A DNA stretch of 64,000 nt from Leucoraja erinacea (GCF_028641065.1 NC_073413.1:9238001-9302000), one strand, 5' to 3'. Shown: positions 1 to 12,903, counted from the stretch's first letter. Numbers and translations are program-made. Notes: generated by a model not told the origin, from the sequence alone.

Positions 1-1260
1 GTAGAGATGCCACTTGATGGTCGCCGAGCGAGTCCCTTGTAATTGTTGCTCACAATATATATGAAGATATATAACAACTGTGTTATTTGGCTGGAGATAA
101 CTTGAGTACCTTCTACAAATACATATTGGTAACCGCAAAGCAATTGCCTTCTGTTTATTTGTGAACATCACATGTGGAGAACAAATGCTAACTAAAAATA
201 AGACCTGATACCAACTTTGTCAATGAGCATATGAATGTTGATGAAACAGAAAAGGCTGGAGGAGCTCAGCAGGTTAGATAGCATCTGTGGAAGGAATGAA
301 TAGCTAATATTTCGGGTTGGAACCCTTCTTCAAACTCGACCCGAAACGTCGCCTCTCCATTCCCACCGCTGATGCTAACTAATACGTTCTTCCAACACTG
401 TGTGTTTCGATCAACATTCCAGCATCTCAATCAATCAATCAATCAATCTTTATTGTCATCTTGCAAGCAACAGTTGTACAGTGCAAAATGAAAAGACAAA
501 TCTCTTGTCTCTTGTAACAGCATAGGCTTGTCATTTACAAGATTTGGTAAGGCAATCCATCTTAACATAAATAAACTTCAGCAATCTATTCGTTTGTTGC
601 AATTAAAGCAACGTCACAATATTCTTAAGGTAGTCTCATGCAAAGACAAATAATGTACAGACAAACACTGAAGGTTTCTCTCATGATTACATTTCAAGTG
701 GCGATTGGAAAATTCTTCTAAATAGACTAAACTCTCAAGTTAATTGGAACAAGAGACCTGTGATTGGTGCTGCCTAATATCTACAACATTTCTGCCTCAA
801 TGATTGTATTTATGTTGGCTGTCTGGATCTATTTGGTTAATGGCACCATCTTTCAGTAAATGTACATGGTGTCCTGGCTATTTACTATTTACTATCTTTT
901 AACCAAGGACATTGTCAACATGTGGCATACACCAAAATCTTTATACAGTACATCTCTGCTACAGGCCTTGAGAGTTTTATACGCCTCTACAAGGTCCCTT
1001 CCTCCTCTCCATCAACCTCCTCTGCGCGAAGGAAAATTATAAATTTTCCCCAGTGTGTAGGATGATGCCAGTAGATAGGGGTTATTGCTGGTTGGCATGG
1101 AATTGGTGAGCTGAAGGGCCTGTTTCAGCACTATCTCTGAAGTAAAGTCTAAAGTAAAGAAAACATGACCTATCCAGTCTCATAATTGCTATACCATCCC
1201 AGGTAATATCCTGGTAGAAGGATTAGAGGGGAAATGAAAAATAACTTCCTCCAAATTATT

Positions 1261-1538
1261 GGCACAGCGGTAGAGTTGCTGTCACACAGCGACAGAGACC
1301 CAGGTTCAATCTCGACTACGGGTGCTGTCTGTGCGGAGTTTGTACATTCTCCCCGTGACCTGTGTGTTTTCTCCCACACTTCAATGACGTAGATTAATTG
1401 GCTTGGATTTATTTATTGGTATAAAAGTGGAAATTGTCCCTGGTGTGTGTAGATTTGTGTTAATGTGCGGAGATCGCTGGTTGGTGCGGCCTCGGTGGGC
1501 CGAATGGCTTGTTTCCGCGCTGTATCTCTAAACTAAAC
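1261..1538 (+). mobile_element. tRNA-derived SINE (HE1/V-SINE-like)
   Basis: A/B-box-like head (GGTTCAAT), central GGAGTTTGTACATTCTCCCCGTG, tail TGTATCTCTAAACTAAACT. Confidence 0.8.
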
Positions 1539-2679
1539 TAAAAAAGGTGGAGTCTGGAATTCATTGCCTGAAAGGGTGGGAGTGGCAGAAACAACATAAC
1601 CACCTCCACCATCACATTTAAGCAGTACTTGGATATGTACGTGAAGAGCCTTGATCTGTAGGACAATGGACTCGGTCTTGAAAGGAGGGATTGGATTGGA
1701 AATCCCAAATTGCATGGGAAATATGGGCTGAATAGCCTCTGCATTATTAAGTTTCCATTGTTTTATGAAAATTCGGGATGTCATTGAGAATCGTGAGTCT
1801 TTGTCAGCAGCACACAGAAACCTAGCGGAGTTCTCCACCTCTCAAACGACTCTCCCTCCCACTCCCATCACCTACCTCCTGCCACACTTCTGGTAGAGGA
1901 TGCAGTTCCCAATGTTGATCTCGTCGGCATCTCAAGATCTACAGAACTGGAGTGGAAGCAAGTTAGCCCTTGATCCCAAGGGACTAAAGAGAGATACTTG
2001 AAAGGAAGAGAAAGATGAAAGAGGATCAAGAGGACATAATGCAAGAAATAGCTGGAGTAAGGCCATTCGTCCCCTTGAACTGGCTCTGTCACGTATTTTT
2101 CCTCTCCTATCCCCATATCTCTCCATGATTCTAATCTCTTACAAATCTATCAATTTCCGTTGTGAGTACAGTAGATGGCAGCCTCCACATCCCTCTGGGA
2201 TACAGAATTCTATAAAATCGTCATCCTTTGAGGATATTTCTCCTCTTTTCCGTCACACATGGCCTCCCAATTATTTTGATACTGTGGCCGCTGCTTCTAG
2301 TTTTTAGAACGTATTCAGAGGAAACATCTTCCATGCATCCAACTTATCGAGCTTACCAGGAATGTTATGTCACACTCCAAAGATGTACAGGTTTGTAGTT
2401 TAATTTGCTTTGGTAATATTGTAAATCGTCCCTTGTGTGTAGAATAGTGCAAGTGTACAGGGTGATCGCTGGTTGGCGCGGACTCGGTGGGCCGAAGGGC
2501 CTGTATCTCCAAACGTTTTCAAGAAGCTGTGACAATAGGAGAGTCTACACGGGTCTCGGGTGTTAAGGGAGGTACTATCACAACATTTCAAAGACATTTG
2601 GACATTGGTACATGGATAGGCCAGGTTTGGAGGGATATGGGCCAAACGCAAGCAAGTAGGACTAGTGTAAATGGGGCAC

Positions 2680-3375
2680 AATAATAATAACAAACTTTAT
2701 TATGGACTCGAGGTCCAGACAAGGGGCAACATTACATTAAAAAAATGCATTGAATATTTAAAAATATATCATAAAGTACATATAAAATCTTAGTATATCA
2801 CTTATAAAAGCATCATAAATTATATTTAAAAAAAAACAAAATACATGAGTTAAAAATCCAGATTAAAAGAATGATCAATATCCTACAACGAGACAACGAT
2901 ACCAGTGTCTCCACAGCTGGGATTTGTAGCGTGTAGTGCTAACCCTTATGTTTGACAAGGGCACAATAATTAAATTTTTAGAGTCATTTATCCTGCAAAT
3001 GAATTTATACATGTGATTTCTGAGGATAGCTTCTAAAGTCCTGGTAAGGACTCCTGCAGCCACAAACATATTACTGGCACTACACCATCTAGGTTTAAGA
3101 AGGAACTGCAGATGCTGGAGAATCGAAGGTTACACAAAAAAGCTGGAGAAACTCAGCGGGTACAGCAGCATCTATGGAGCACACAAAAAAGCTGGAGAAA
3201 CTCAGCGGGTTTCCATCTAACCATCTAGGTTTCCTTAGCAGTGTTCTCATGGCATCATTATATGCCACCTTTAGTCTCTGCAAACTTGTCTTTCCATAGT
3301 TCGACCACAGTTGCGCGGTGTAGAGTGGTGTGCAGTATGCTCTAAATAGCGACATCTTCACCACATCTGCACACG
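2680..3375 (-). mobile_element. Non-LTR retrotransposon 3' fragment (RTEX-like, clade uncertain), interrupted by a Penelope-derived insertion
   Basis: SLFRAYCTPLYTAQLW...LKVAYNDAMR.LLRKPRW|..SASNMFV...; the insertion at 3097-3219 is flanked by duplicated ACCATCTAGGTTT; (ATT)n tail at about 2680. Confidence 0.6.
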
Positions 3376-3825
3376 CACGCATATTGGTCGATGAGGGCAA
3401 GTTGGGCCCAAGGGCCTGTTTCCACACTGTATGACCATGACTGTATCCTCTTACATATTCTCTGCCGTCTTTCCACCTTAATTCCTGTCTATTGTCCACA
3501 TCTATCTCTGCTTGGCCCCCGATCAGTCTGAGGAAGGGTTTCGGCCCGAAACGTTGCCTATTTCCTTCGCTCCATAGATGCTGCTGCACCCGCTGAGTTT
3601 CTCCAGCTTTTTTGTGTACCCCTCTATCTCTGCTTAATTAGTCAGCATATGGGTCAGCATAGGCATAGATTCCCCCTCATCCTTCTAAACTCCAGTGAAT
3701 ACAAGCCTAGTCTTTTCAATCTTTCCTCATATGACAGTCCCACCATCCCAGATATCAATCTCGTGAATCTACACTGCACCAATCTCATTAGCATAGGCAT
3801 GTTGGGCTGAAGGGCCTGCCCCTGG

Positions 3826-4220
3826 GACGTGTGACGTAAGCGCGCACGGCGTGACCCGGACGTTGTTGCGGGCGGGGTCGGATCCTGGGCGCCATGTTGT
3901 CCGTCCTCGGGCCGAGCGGGAGCGCGATGGCGGCGTGAAGGACAAGGTGAGGAATGGCAGCGCCGCGACTGTGCGTTGGCAGGGCGGGCTCGGCTGGGTC
4001 GGTCCGGGATGTTTCAGGGCCGTTTAACAACCCGACACGGAGCGGCCGCGGCGGCGGCGGCAATCGGCCTCTCTCATCGCGGGCAGTCTCGGGACCTCAA
4101 CATAGCGGTGACTGGCAGGGGATCCGGCCAATGGGAGCGCGCCGTGGGGAGGTGGGATCCAATCAGCGCTGGTGTGGGCGGGACCTCCGCCGCTGTCCGT
4201 CAAACGGCCGGTGCCTGGTT
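3826..4220. promoter_or_regulatory. MIEF1: CpG island / MIEF1 promoter and non-coding exon 1 (donor AAG|GTGAGG after 3946)
   Basis: CpG-dense GC-rich block. It has a CRE-like TGACGTAA at 3832-3839, a GGGCGG box, a YY1-like GCCATGTT at 3891-3898, a splice donor GT at 3947 and CCAAT boxes at 4128 and 4159. Confidence 0.7.
3894..3938 (+). CDS. MIEF1 leader uORF1, MLSVLGPSGSAMAA* (nested in-frame ATG GCG GCG TGA at 3927)
   Basis: Read directly: GCC ATG at 3894 to TGA at 3936-3938, wholly inside putative exon 1. Whether it is in the mRNA depends on the TSS. Confidence 0.5.
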   Translation: MLSVLGPSGSAMAA

Positions 4221-4249
4221 AACCTGGAGTTTGGCTTGTTGGTGGTTTG

Positions 4250-4961
4250 TGTTATTAGAGGTTTATTGTTAGTTTGGGGTTATTATTGGTTTATTATTGG
4301 TTTGGGTTATTAGAGGTTTATTATAGGTTTGGGTCTGTGGTAGGTTTGTTGTTAGTTTGGGGTTATTATTGGTTTATTATTGATTTGGGTTATTAGAGGT
4401 TTATTATAGGTTTGGGTCTGTGGTAGGTTTGTTGTTAGTTTGGGGTTATTATTGGTTTATTATTGATTTGGGTTATTATAGATTTGTTATTGGTTTGGGT
4501 TTAATTATTGGTTTTGGGTTATTCTAAGTTTAAGATTTTTAATTGTTTGGTGGTTTATTACTGGTTTGGGCCCATTACTTGTTTTGGGTTTGTTATTGTT
4601 ACATGTACCAGTAAAATTGGCACATGTCACATTTGGGTTATTATAGATTTGTTATTGGTTTGGGTTTAATTATTGGTTTTGGGTTATTCTAAGTTTAAGA
4701 TTTTTAATTGTTTGGTGGTTTATTACTGGTTTGGGCCCATTACTTGTTTTGGGTTTGTTATTGTTACATGTACCAGTAAAATTGGCACATGTCACATTTG
4801 GGTTATTATAGATTTGTTATTGGTTTGGGTTTAATTATTGGTTTTGGGTTATTCTAAGTTTAAGATTTTTAATTGTTTGGTGGTTTATTACTGGTTTGGG
4901 CCCATTACTTGTTTTGGGTTTGTTATTGTTACATGTACCAGTAAAATTGGCACATGTCACA
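4250..4961. repeat. G/T-rich tandem array: about 83-bp units followed by three 165-bp units
   Basis: TTTGGGTTATTATAGATTTG recurs at 4467, 4632 and 4797 (period 165); TTTGGGTTATTAGAGG recurs at about 4301 and 4384 (period 83). Confidence 0.9.
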
Positions 4962-5214
4962 TAGAAACATAGAAAATAGGTGCAGGAGGAGGCCATTCGG
5001 CCCTTCGTGCCAGCAGCGCCATTCTGATTCAGATTCAGATTCAACTTTAATTGTCATTGTCAGAGTACAGTACAGAGACAACAAAATGCATTTAGCATCT
5101 CCCTGGAAGAGCGACATAGCATATGATTTGAATAAATATTTACATTAGCATATATACAGACATAGTGTTTTTCCTGTGGGGGATCTGAGCTATAGGCAGA
5201 GGTTTCCTGTGGGA

Positions 5215-5660
5215 TTCATTGTGATCATGGCTGATCATCCCCTATCAATAACCCGTACCTGCCTTCTCCCCATATCCCTTGACTCCACTAGCCCCTAGAG
5301 CTCTATCTAACTCTCTTAAATCCATCCAGTGATTTGGCCTTCACTGCCCTCTGTGGCAGGGAATTCCACAAATTCACAACTCTCTGGGTGAAAAAGTTTT
5401 TTCTCACCTCAGTCTTAAATGACCTCCCCTTTATTCTAAGACTGTGGCCCCTGGTTCTGGACTCGCCCAACATTGGGAACATTTTTCCTGCATCTAGCTT
5501 GTCCAGTCCTTTTATAATTTTATATGTTTCGATAAGATTCCCCCTCATCCTTCTAAACTCCAGTGAATACAAGCCTAGTCTTTTCAATCTTTCCTCATAT
5601 GACAGTCCCGCCATCCCAGATATCAATCTCGTGAACCTACGCTGCACCAATCTCGTGAAC
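5215..5660 (-). mobile_element. CR1/HER1-like LINE 3' fragment
   Basis: VQRRFTRLISGMAGLSYEERLKRLGLYSLEFRRMRG...NLWNSLP. Confidence 0.85.
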
Positions 5661-6703
5661 CTACATGAACAGTAAAAATATTTGTTTTGCATACTATCCA
5701 ATCAAATCCGATACTATTATACATAAATACAATCAAGACAAGCTCAAGTACAATAAGTGGTGCAAAAGGGAAGATACACAATGCAGAATATAGTTTTCCT
5801 GTGGCTGAGCAGAGTTTTACTCCAGGTAGACACAAAGTGTTGGAGAAACTCAGAGGGTCCGGCAGCATCTTTGGAGAAAATGGATATGTTTCAGGTTGGG
5901 ACCCTTCAGAGTACAGGTTTATAGTTGTGAAGAAGGGTTGTGACCCGAAACCTTACCTATTCCTTTTCCCCTGAGATGCTGTCTGACCGGCTGAGTTACT
6001 CCAGAATTTTGTGGCTATCTTTGGTATAAACCAGCATCTGTGGTTCATTGTCACGAGGATACCAGACTAGAATGTTTCGGCCAAGAAGGTAGGAAGCCTT
6101 TCAAAATGACGGAGTGTGCAAAATTTCACATCTGAGATAACACAGAATTGGTGATGCACAAGATCTCTGTTAGACACAAGCAGCCAGTATGGCCTGTGCT
6201 TCACATTCTGCTGTAAATCTGTTACTATTAGAGTCATAGAGTATTACAGTGTGGAAACTGTACCGGCCAAAATTTCCCAGCTACACTAGTCCCATGTGCT
6301 AACATTTGGACCATATCCCTCCAAACATGTCCTATCCATATACCTGTCTAACTGCTTCTTAAATGTTGGGGTAGTCCCCGCCTCAACTACCTCCTCTGGC
6401 AGCTTGACCCATACACATATCACCCCCTGTGTGAAAAAGGTACCCCTCAGATTCCTATTAAATATTTTTCTCTTCACCTTAAACTTATGACCAATGTCCT
6501 CTTGTCCTCGATTCACCTACTCTGGGCAAGAAACTTTATACAGTACTGTGCGGCTATCCGATCTATTCCTCTCATGATTTTGTACACCTCTATAAGATCA
6601 TCCCTCATCCTCCTGCACTCCAAGGAATAGAGTCCCAGCCTACTCAACCTCTGCCTATAGCTCAGATCCTCCAGAGTCAATTTTTCTTTTCGGTTTCTCA
6701 GGC

Positions 6704-6724
6704 ATGGCGAAGATGATCTTCTGA
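6704..6724 (+). CDS. MIEF1 leader uORF2, MAKMIF*
   Basis: ATG GCG AAG ATG ATC TTC TGA starts 2 nt into exon 2 (acceptor TTTCTCAG| at 6701). Confidence 0.5.
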   Translation: MAKMIF

Positions 6725-6768
6725 CTGGAGAGCGTCCCCTGTCGATTTTCCCGGCCGATTCTCCTGTC

Positions 6769-6981
6769 ATGGCAGCCTGGTCTCGCGTGGCTGTGTTGAA
6801 CCTTTACCGCTCTCTGCTGCGTGAGGGACGGCGTCTGCGATACACCGACCGAGAGTTCTACTATACATTCATCAAGCGGGAATTCAGAAAGAACCAACAT
6901 CTCAGCGGGGAAGAAGAGAAGGCGCAACAACTGGAAAAGGGCCTCTATTTTCTCGAGAGCAAGATTGGAGGCCTGGTTTAA
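6769..6981 (+). CDS. MIURF: AltMiD51 / MIEF1 upstream microprotein, 70-aa LYR-motif protein
   Basis: [32 protein letters not shown]...REFRKNQ...QLEKGLYFL closely matches the recalled human 70-aa MIEF1 uORF protein ([30 protein letters not shown]...). It has the LYR motif and the downstream Phe. It lies in exon 2 (6702-7020, donor GTAGGT at 7021). Confidence 0.95.
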   Translation: MAAWSRVAVLNLYRSLLREGRRLRYTDREFYYTFIKREFRKNQHLSGEEEKAQQLEKGLYFLESKIGGLV

Positions 6982-7469
6982 TTTGCTGCTAAAACAAAAC
7001 ATCAAATTTCAAACTTGTTGGTAGGTTCTTCCTCTGTTGTGTAAGCTCAGTAAACATTCCATGTATCCCAGGCAAATTATTAGACTGCAGAAATGCTTCA
7101 TTCTCCAAAAAGCTGTGGATAATTTTATAGTATTTCATTGCATGAGCATTCTGAACACTTCCTTGTGCTAAGGTGCTATAGGGCATTCAATTATTTGTAA
7201 CTTACTGATTAGATTATTTGTATCATGTGGATATTTTATTTTCAGTGGTTCTTCTCTGAAACTGGGTCAGCTTTATCTCACTTTCACCATCACTTCACAA
7301 CCTGAATTGTGATTTTATACTTCCCACAGTTAGCCCTCATCTATTTTAAAAGGACCACAGTGGAGGTGATGACACCATCTTCTAAGTTCTATGTGAAATT
7401 GCCCCTTGGTTCCATTTTAAGTCTTTCCTCTCACCCGCCGCCTGCACCCTCTAGTTTTTGATTCCCACT

Positions 7470-7845
7470 TTCATAAGATCATAAGTGATAATAGCTGAAT
7501 TTGGCCATTCAGCCCATCAAGTCTACTCCGCCATTCAATCATGGCTGATCTATCTCTCCCTCCGAACCCCATTCTCCTGCCTTCTCCCCATAACCTCTGA
7601 CACCCGTACTAATCAAGAATCTATCTATCTCTACCTTAAAAATATCCATGGCCTCCACAGGCTTATGTGGCAAAGAATTCCACCGATTCACCTCCCTCTG
7701 ACTAAAGAAATTCCTCCTCATCTCCCTCCTAGAAGAACATCCGTTAATTCTGAGGCAATGTCCTCTAGTCCTAGACTCTCCCACTAGTGGAAACATCCTT
7801 TCCACATCCACTCTATCCGAGCCTTTCACTATTCTGTACGTATCA
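7470..7845 (-). mobile_element. CR1/HER1-like LINE 3' fragment
   Basis: MFPLVGESRTRGH...FFSQREVNRWNSLP; a near copy lies at 10285-10635. Confidence 0.8.
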
Positions 7846-8646
7846 ATATGTTTCCTGGGAAAAATACTATGCATTCATAATATGCCCCTTGTGATTTTAT
7901 TCATCTTTATAAGAATACCCCCAGTCTCCTACGCTCCAAGGCAATGAGGGAATATTTTTCAATGGGATTTATCTAGATTTACATGAACAAACCCACACAA
8001 ATAGAATTAGGCAAGATGTCACTGTGACCTTCTGTGGTTCCTCACCAATTAGTGCAAAGTATTGGACATACTGAATGTTTCTTCTGTTGAGTACTGAGCG
8101 CAATGCTAACAGACATCTAAAGGAGGAAAAATAATTTACCATGCCCATCATTATTTCACAATTTTGGAAAAATAAGAAATGTTGGTAGGAGAGAGGCCAA
8201 CTGGTCCCTTGACTACATCCCCATGGAGCTTCTTTGAAGGTTCATTGCGTTCCTCCTTGTTTTTTGTCCTGGACAAACTTGGAAATGTTTCCTTTGGTGT
8301 CCTCAGCCAAATCATTGGTATAGAAAGTGAGTAATCAGGGCCCAAGCACCAGTCCCTATGGTACTCCATGTCACAGCCTGCTTCCCTGAGAAGGACCAGT
8401 GTATTACCAGCTTTTGTTTTTCTCTCTGTTAAGCAATTCTCTCATTCCATTCTGGTATATTACTCCCAATTCCAGGTACCCCAACCTTATTGAAAGCCTT
8501 CTGAAAATCCAAATACACCGTCCATTTCATCATCTCTACTAGATGCATCATCAAAATATCTTCAGTGGTTTAGTTCAGAGATACAGTGCAGAAACGGTCC
8601 CTTCGGCCCACTAAGTCCGCAACGACCAGCGATCCCTGTACACTAA

Positions 8647-8958
8647 CGGCGGCACGGTGGGGTAGCAGTAGAGCTACTGTTGAATGTTGGAAAAATAGAC
8701 TCGGGGTCGATCCTGACTATGGGTGCTTGTCTGTACGGAATTTGTACGTTCTCCCCATGTGAGGGTTTTCGCCGAGATCTTCAGTTTCCTCCCACACCTC
8801 AAAGAGGTAGAGGTTTGTAGGTTAATCAGCTTGGTATAAATGTAAAATTGTCCCTTGTGTGTGTAGGATAGTGTTAGTGTGCGGTGATCGCAGGTCAGTG
8901 CAGACTCGGTGGGCCGAAGGACCTGTTTCTGCTCTGTATATCTAAACTAAACTAAACT
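8647..8958 (+). mobile_element. tRNA-derived SINE (HE1/V-SINE-like)
   Basis: GGCGGCACGGTGG head, (TAAAC)n tail; apparently nested in an opposite-strand copy (about 8570-9035). Confidence 0.8.
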
Positions 8959-10026
8959 ATCACAATCCTACACACTGGGAACAATTTACAATTTTCACCA
9001 AAGCCAAGTAACCTACAAACTTGTATGTCTTTGGAGATTAATCAAATATGATTATGGTTCCCTTTATAAATCTTTGTTAACTATGCAATATTAATTTCTA
9101 AGCATCCTGATATTAGCATCCTTAAAACCTGAAATAATCTTCAGGCATTTGATATTTCTAGTGGATTTTTAAATATATAAATGAATGAATGAATGAATGT
9201 ATGAAGTTTATTTCGGTCATACATTAAAAGGAACAAAACGTTACAATCTGTGTGAATATGAACCAACACTGTATCCATTTCACACAACATTCAAGTTCAA
9301 GCTCGAGTTTATTGTCATGTGTCCCTGATAGGACAATGAAATTCACATAATCAATGACCGAAAAAGGAAAGCTGAAGCCACAAAGCTTATTTTTCTCGAG
9401 TATATCTTGCAATAATAGTTACGAGAGGGCAATAATAGTTATTTGGAAATAATGCATCGATTATTGGTGTTTTAAATGAAAGTAGAATGTGCTGTAAAAA
9501 GTATAATGTAGAATGGGTTATATGCTAACATACCTCTGTTGGTTGCTCTGGGCTTGTAGGTTTGAGGCTTACATTAGGAATTGACCCAGGACCCACCTGA
9601 GAAAACAGTCTTGATTCTCAAGTTAGACACAAAAAGCTGGAGTAACTTTGTGAGTCATGTGGCATCTCTGGAGAAAAGGAATATGTGTTGAGACCCTTCT
9701 TCAGACTGAGAGTCAAGGGGAACCCCATCTTCTCCACAGATGCTGTCTGACCCGCTGAGTTACTCCATCTTTTTGGATCTATCTTTGGTTTAAACCAGCA
9801 TCTGCAGTTCCTTCCTACACATTGATTCTCAAGTGTTGTCAGTTGATGTGTTAGGCCACGCCTGTTCAGGAAGCCAGTTATCATCGGTGGTTTTTCTGGT
9901 TCCAGGTCAACATTCTTCCTCATCAGGCACCACCCAATCAGTCTAAATTAAAGGAGAATGGATTCTGACACTTTAAGTGACAAAGAATATTAACACACTT
10001 TCTTTTCTAGGTGCCCTCGGTTCATA

Positions 10027-10170
10027 ATGGCCGGCATGGGAGAAGGAAAAGGCAAGAAAGGCGATAATGGGGTTGGGAATGCCATCGACTTTGTCCTGTC
10101 GAATGCCAGGCTAGTGTTGGGTGTCGGTGGAGCTGCTGTGTTGGGCATTGCAACATTGGCTGTTAAGAGG
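10027..10170 (+). CDS. MIEF1: MIEF1 (MiD51) coding exon 1, N-terminal TM anchor
   Basis: MAGMGEGKGKKGDNGVGNAIDFVLSNARLVLGVGGAAVLGIATLAVKR. Acceptor TTTTCTAG| at 10010, donor GTAAGA at 10171, phase 0. Confidence 0.96.
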
Positions 10171-11079
10171 GTAAGAATATCGTCATCATTTTCTATTTTT
10201 CTTCATGCCAAAAGTTTTCAAATCATTTTTAAACCATAATGGAGAAAATGGAAGAATAATATTCTCAAAAGCATCCAAATTCATGATAGGAGCTGAATTA
10301 GGCCATTCAGCCCATCAATACTACTTTGCCATTCAATCGTGGCTGATCTATCTCCCCTCCTAACCCCATTCTCCTGCCTTCTCCCCATAACCTCTGGCAC
10401 CCATACTAAACAAGAATCTATCCATCTCTCTTTTAAAAAATATCCATTGATGGCTTCCACAGCCTTCTATGGCAAAGAATTTCACAGATTCACCACCCTC
10501 TGACTAAAGAAATTCCTTCTCATCTCCTCCCGAAAGGAACGTCCTTTAATTCTGAGGCTATGACCTCTAGTCCAAAACTCTCCCACTAGTGGAAACATCC
10601 TCCACATCCACTCTATCCAAGCCTTTCACTATTCGATGATAAGATTATTTCAAACTTCGATCCTGTCCATGTTAACTATTGCTCGAACAATGCTTCCATT
10701 TCTCTAAGATAGACAAAAATGCTGGAATAACTCAGCGGGACAGGCAGCATCTCTGAAGAGAAGGAATATGTGATGTTTTGGCTCAAGACCCATTTCTTTA
10801 CACTGCCCTATTCTCTTCCTACAATAATTCCTGTCTCTGAATATATTGAGACCTTCCAATTCTGCCTCTGCTGCATCTGCAGTATTAACCCCTCCTTTGT
10901 AACTTCAACTGCCCACACCCTAAATTTATTTATTTTAAATTTCCTTGTCTCCCTTTCTAATTTTTCAATAATTTGGCCAAAGCTTAGATTTATTCTCACC
11001 TGGATTTTGTTTGGTAACTTTCCTCTGAAGCACCTTGGACATCTGATCTTTATCAATGGGGCTTGTTGTCATTTCAGTG

Positions 11080-11620
11080 GGTATTGCGTACAGTTTTGGT
11101 CTCCTAATCTGAGGAAAGACATTCTTGCCATAGAGGGAGTACAGAGAAGGTTCAAGACTGATTCCTGGGATGGCAGGACTTTCATAGAAAGACTGGATAG
11201 ACTCGGCTTGTACACACTAGAATTTAGACGATTGAGGGGGGATCTTATAGAAACTTACAAAATTCTTAAGGGGTTGGACAGGCTAGATGCAGGAAGATTA
11301 TTCCCGATGTTGGGGAAGTCCAGAACAAGGGGTCACAGTTTAAGGATAAGAGGGAAGTCTTTTAGGACCGAGATGAGAAAATCATTTTTTACACAAAGAG
11401 TGGTGAATCTGTGGAATTCTCTGCCACAGAAGGTAGTTGAGGCCAGTTCATTGGATATATTTAAGAGGGAGTTAGATGTGGTCCTTGTGGCTAAAGGGAT
11501 CAGGGGATATGGAGAGAAGGCAGGGATTGTTGGATGATCAGCCATGATCATATTGAATGGCGGTGCAGGCTCGAAGGGCCGAATGGCCTACTCCTGCACC
11601 TATTTTCTATGTTTCTATGT
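11080..11620 (+). mobile_element. CR1/HER1-like LINE 3' fragment in MIEF1 intron
   Basis: YCVQFWSPNLRKDILAIEGVQRR...FFTQRVVNLWNSLP; tail (TTTCTATG)n. Confidence 0.9.
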
Positions 11621-11768
11621 TTGAAAATTAGGGCAGGGTATATCCTGTCACCCAAGGTGATACTAAAGCTGCTTGAATGGGAGCCGATTTCTTCATCTGT
11701 ACTTCATCTCTTCTTCCTCAGTATCTGTTCCTTCAAGAATCCTGTGCACTTTTGCCTTTACCTTGCAG

Positions 11769-11943
11769 ATGTATGACCGGGCCATCAGTGCCCCCAGTAG
11801 CCCCAGCAAGATGGATTTGAGATCTGCAAAGCAAAGCTGGGAGGAGCCCAGCTGGATTGGGGCATCTCCCCGTTTACTGAGCAGGGACATGAAAGTAAAC
11901 GTCAGCCGATCTCTACAGACGCTGCCCACAACCTGTGAAGCAG
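11769..11943 (+). CDS. MIEF1: MIEF1 coding exon 2
   Basis: MYDRAISAPSSPS...SWEEPSW...SRSLQTLPT. Acceptor TTGCAG|, donor GTAAGC at 11944; 175 nt, phase 0 to 1. Confidence 0.95.
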
Positions 11944-12167
11944 GTAAGCAGTCGGGTGCAATCAGTGAGTGAAGAACAATGCTGGAGACACTGAGTGGGT
12001 CAGGCAGCATCCGTGGAGGGGTCGGATAGACAATGTTTTGGCCAATTTCTGAGCTGTCATATCTGAGTAACTTCCCTCTAGCAAGGTAATGGAGTAAACA
12101 TCTCGTCTAGTTCTTAAACCTGCTGTCAGCAATGACTCACTGGTGCCACATTTTAGTCACTTATTCT

Positions 12168-12430
12168 AGTTTAATTTAGAGATACAGCGCAGAAACAGGC
12201 CCTTTGGCCCACCGACTCTACGCTGACCAGCGATGCCCGCACACTAACACTAACTTACACACTAGGAACAATTAACCTGACAACACTTATTAACCGACAA
12301 ACCTGTACATCTTTGGTGTGGGAGGAAACCGGAAAGCCCGGGGAAAACCCACACAGGTCACGGGGAGAACGTACAGACAGCACCCATAGTCAGGATTACT
12401 GTAAGGCAGCAACTCTACCACTGTGCCGCC
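12168..12430 (-). mobile_element. tRNA-derived SINE (HE1/V-SINE-like)
   Basis: Reverse complement of the same family; further copies at about 22696-22963, 37535-37800 and 48865-49145. Confidence 0.75.
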
Positions 12431-12519
12431 AATTTCTATTCACTCGCTGCAGATCATGAAAAATGAGACAAACCATACTTGCTGGAACATTTTCATTTTC
12501 CAAACATGCATTTGTTTAA

Positions 12520-12903
<384 letters not shown>

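Noticed and set aside
10770-11537. 255-aa ORF in a MIEF1 intron
   Set aside because: A chance N-terminus fused to a CR1 LINE fragment; not a host gene.
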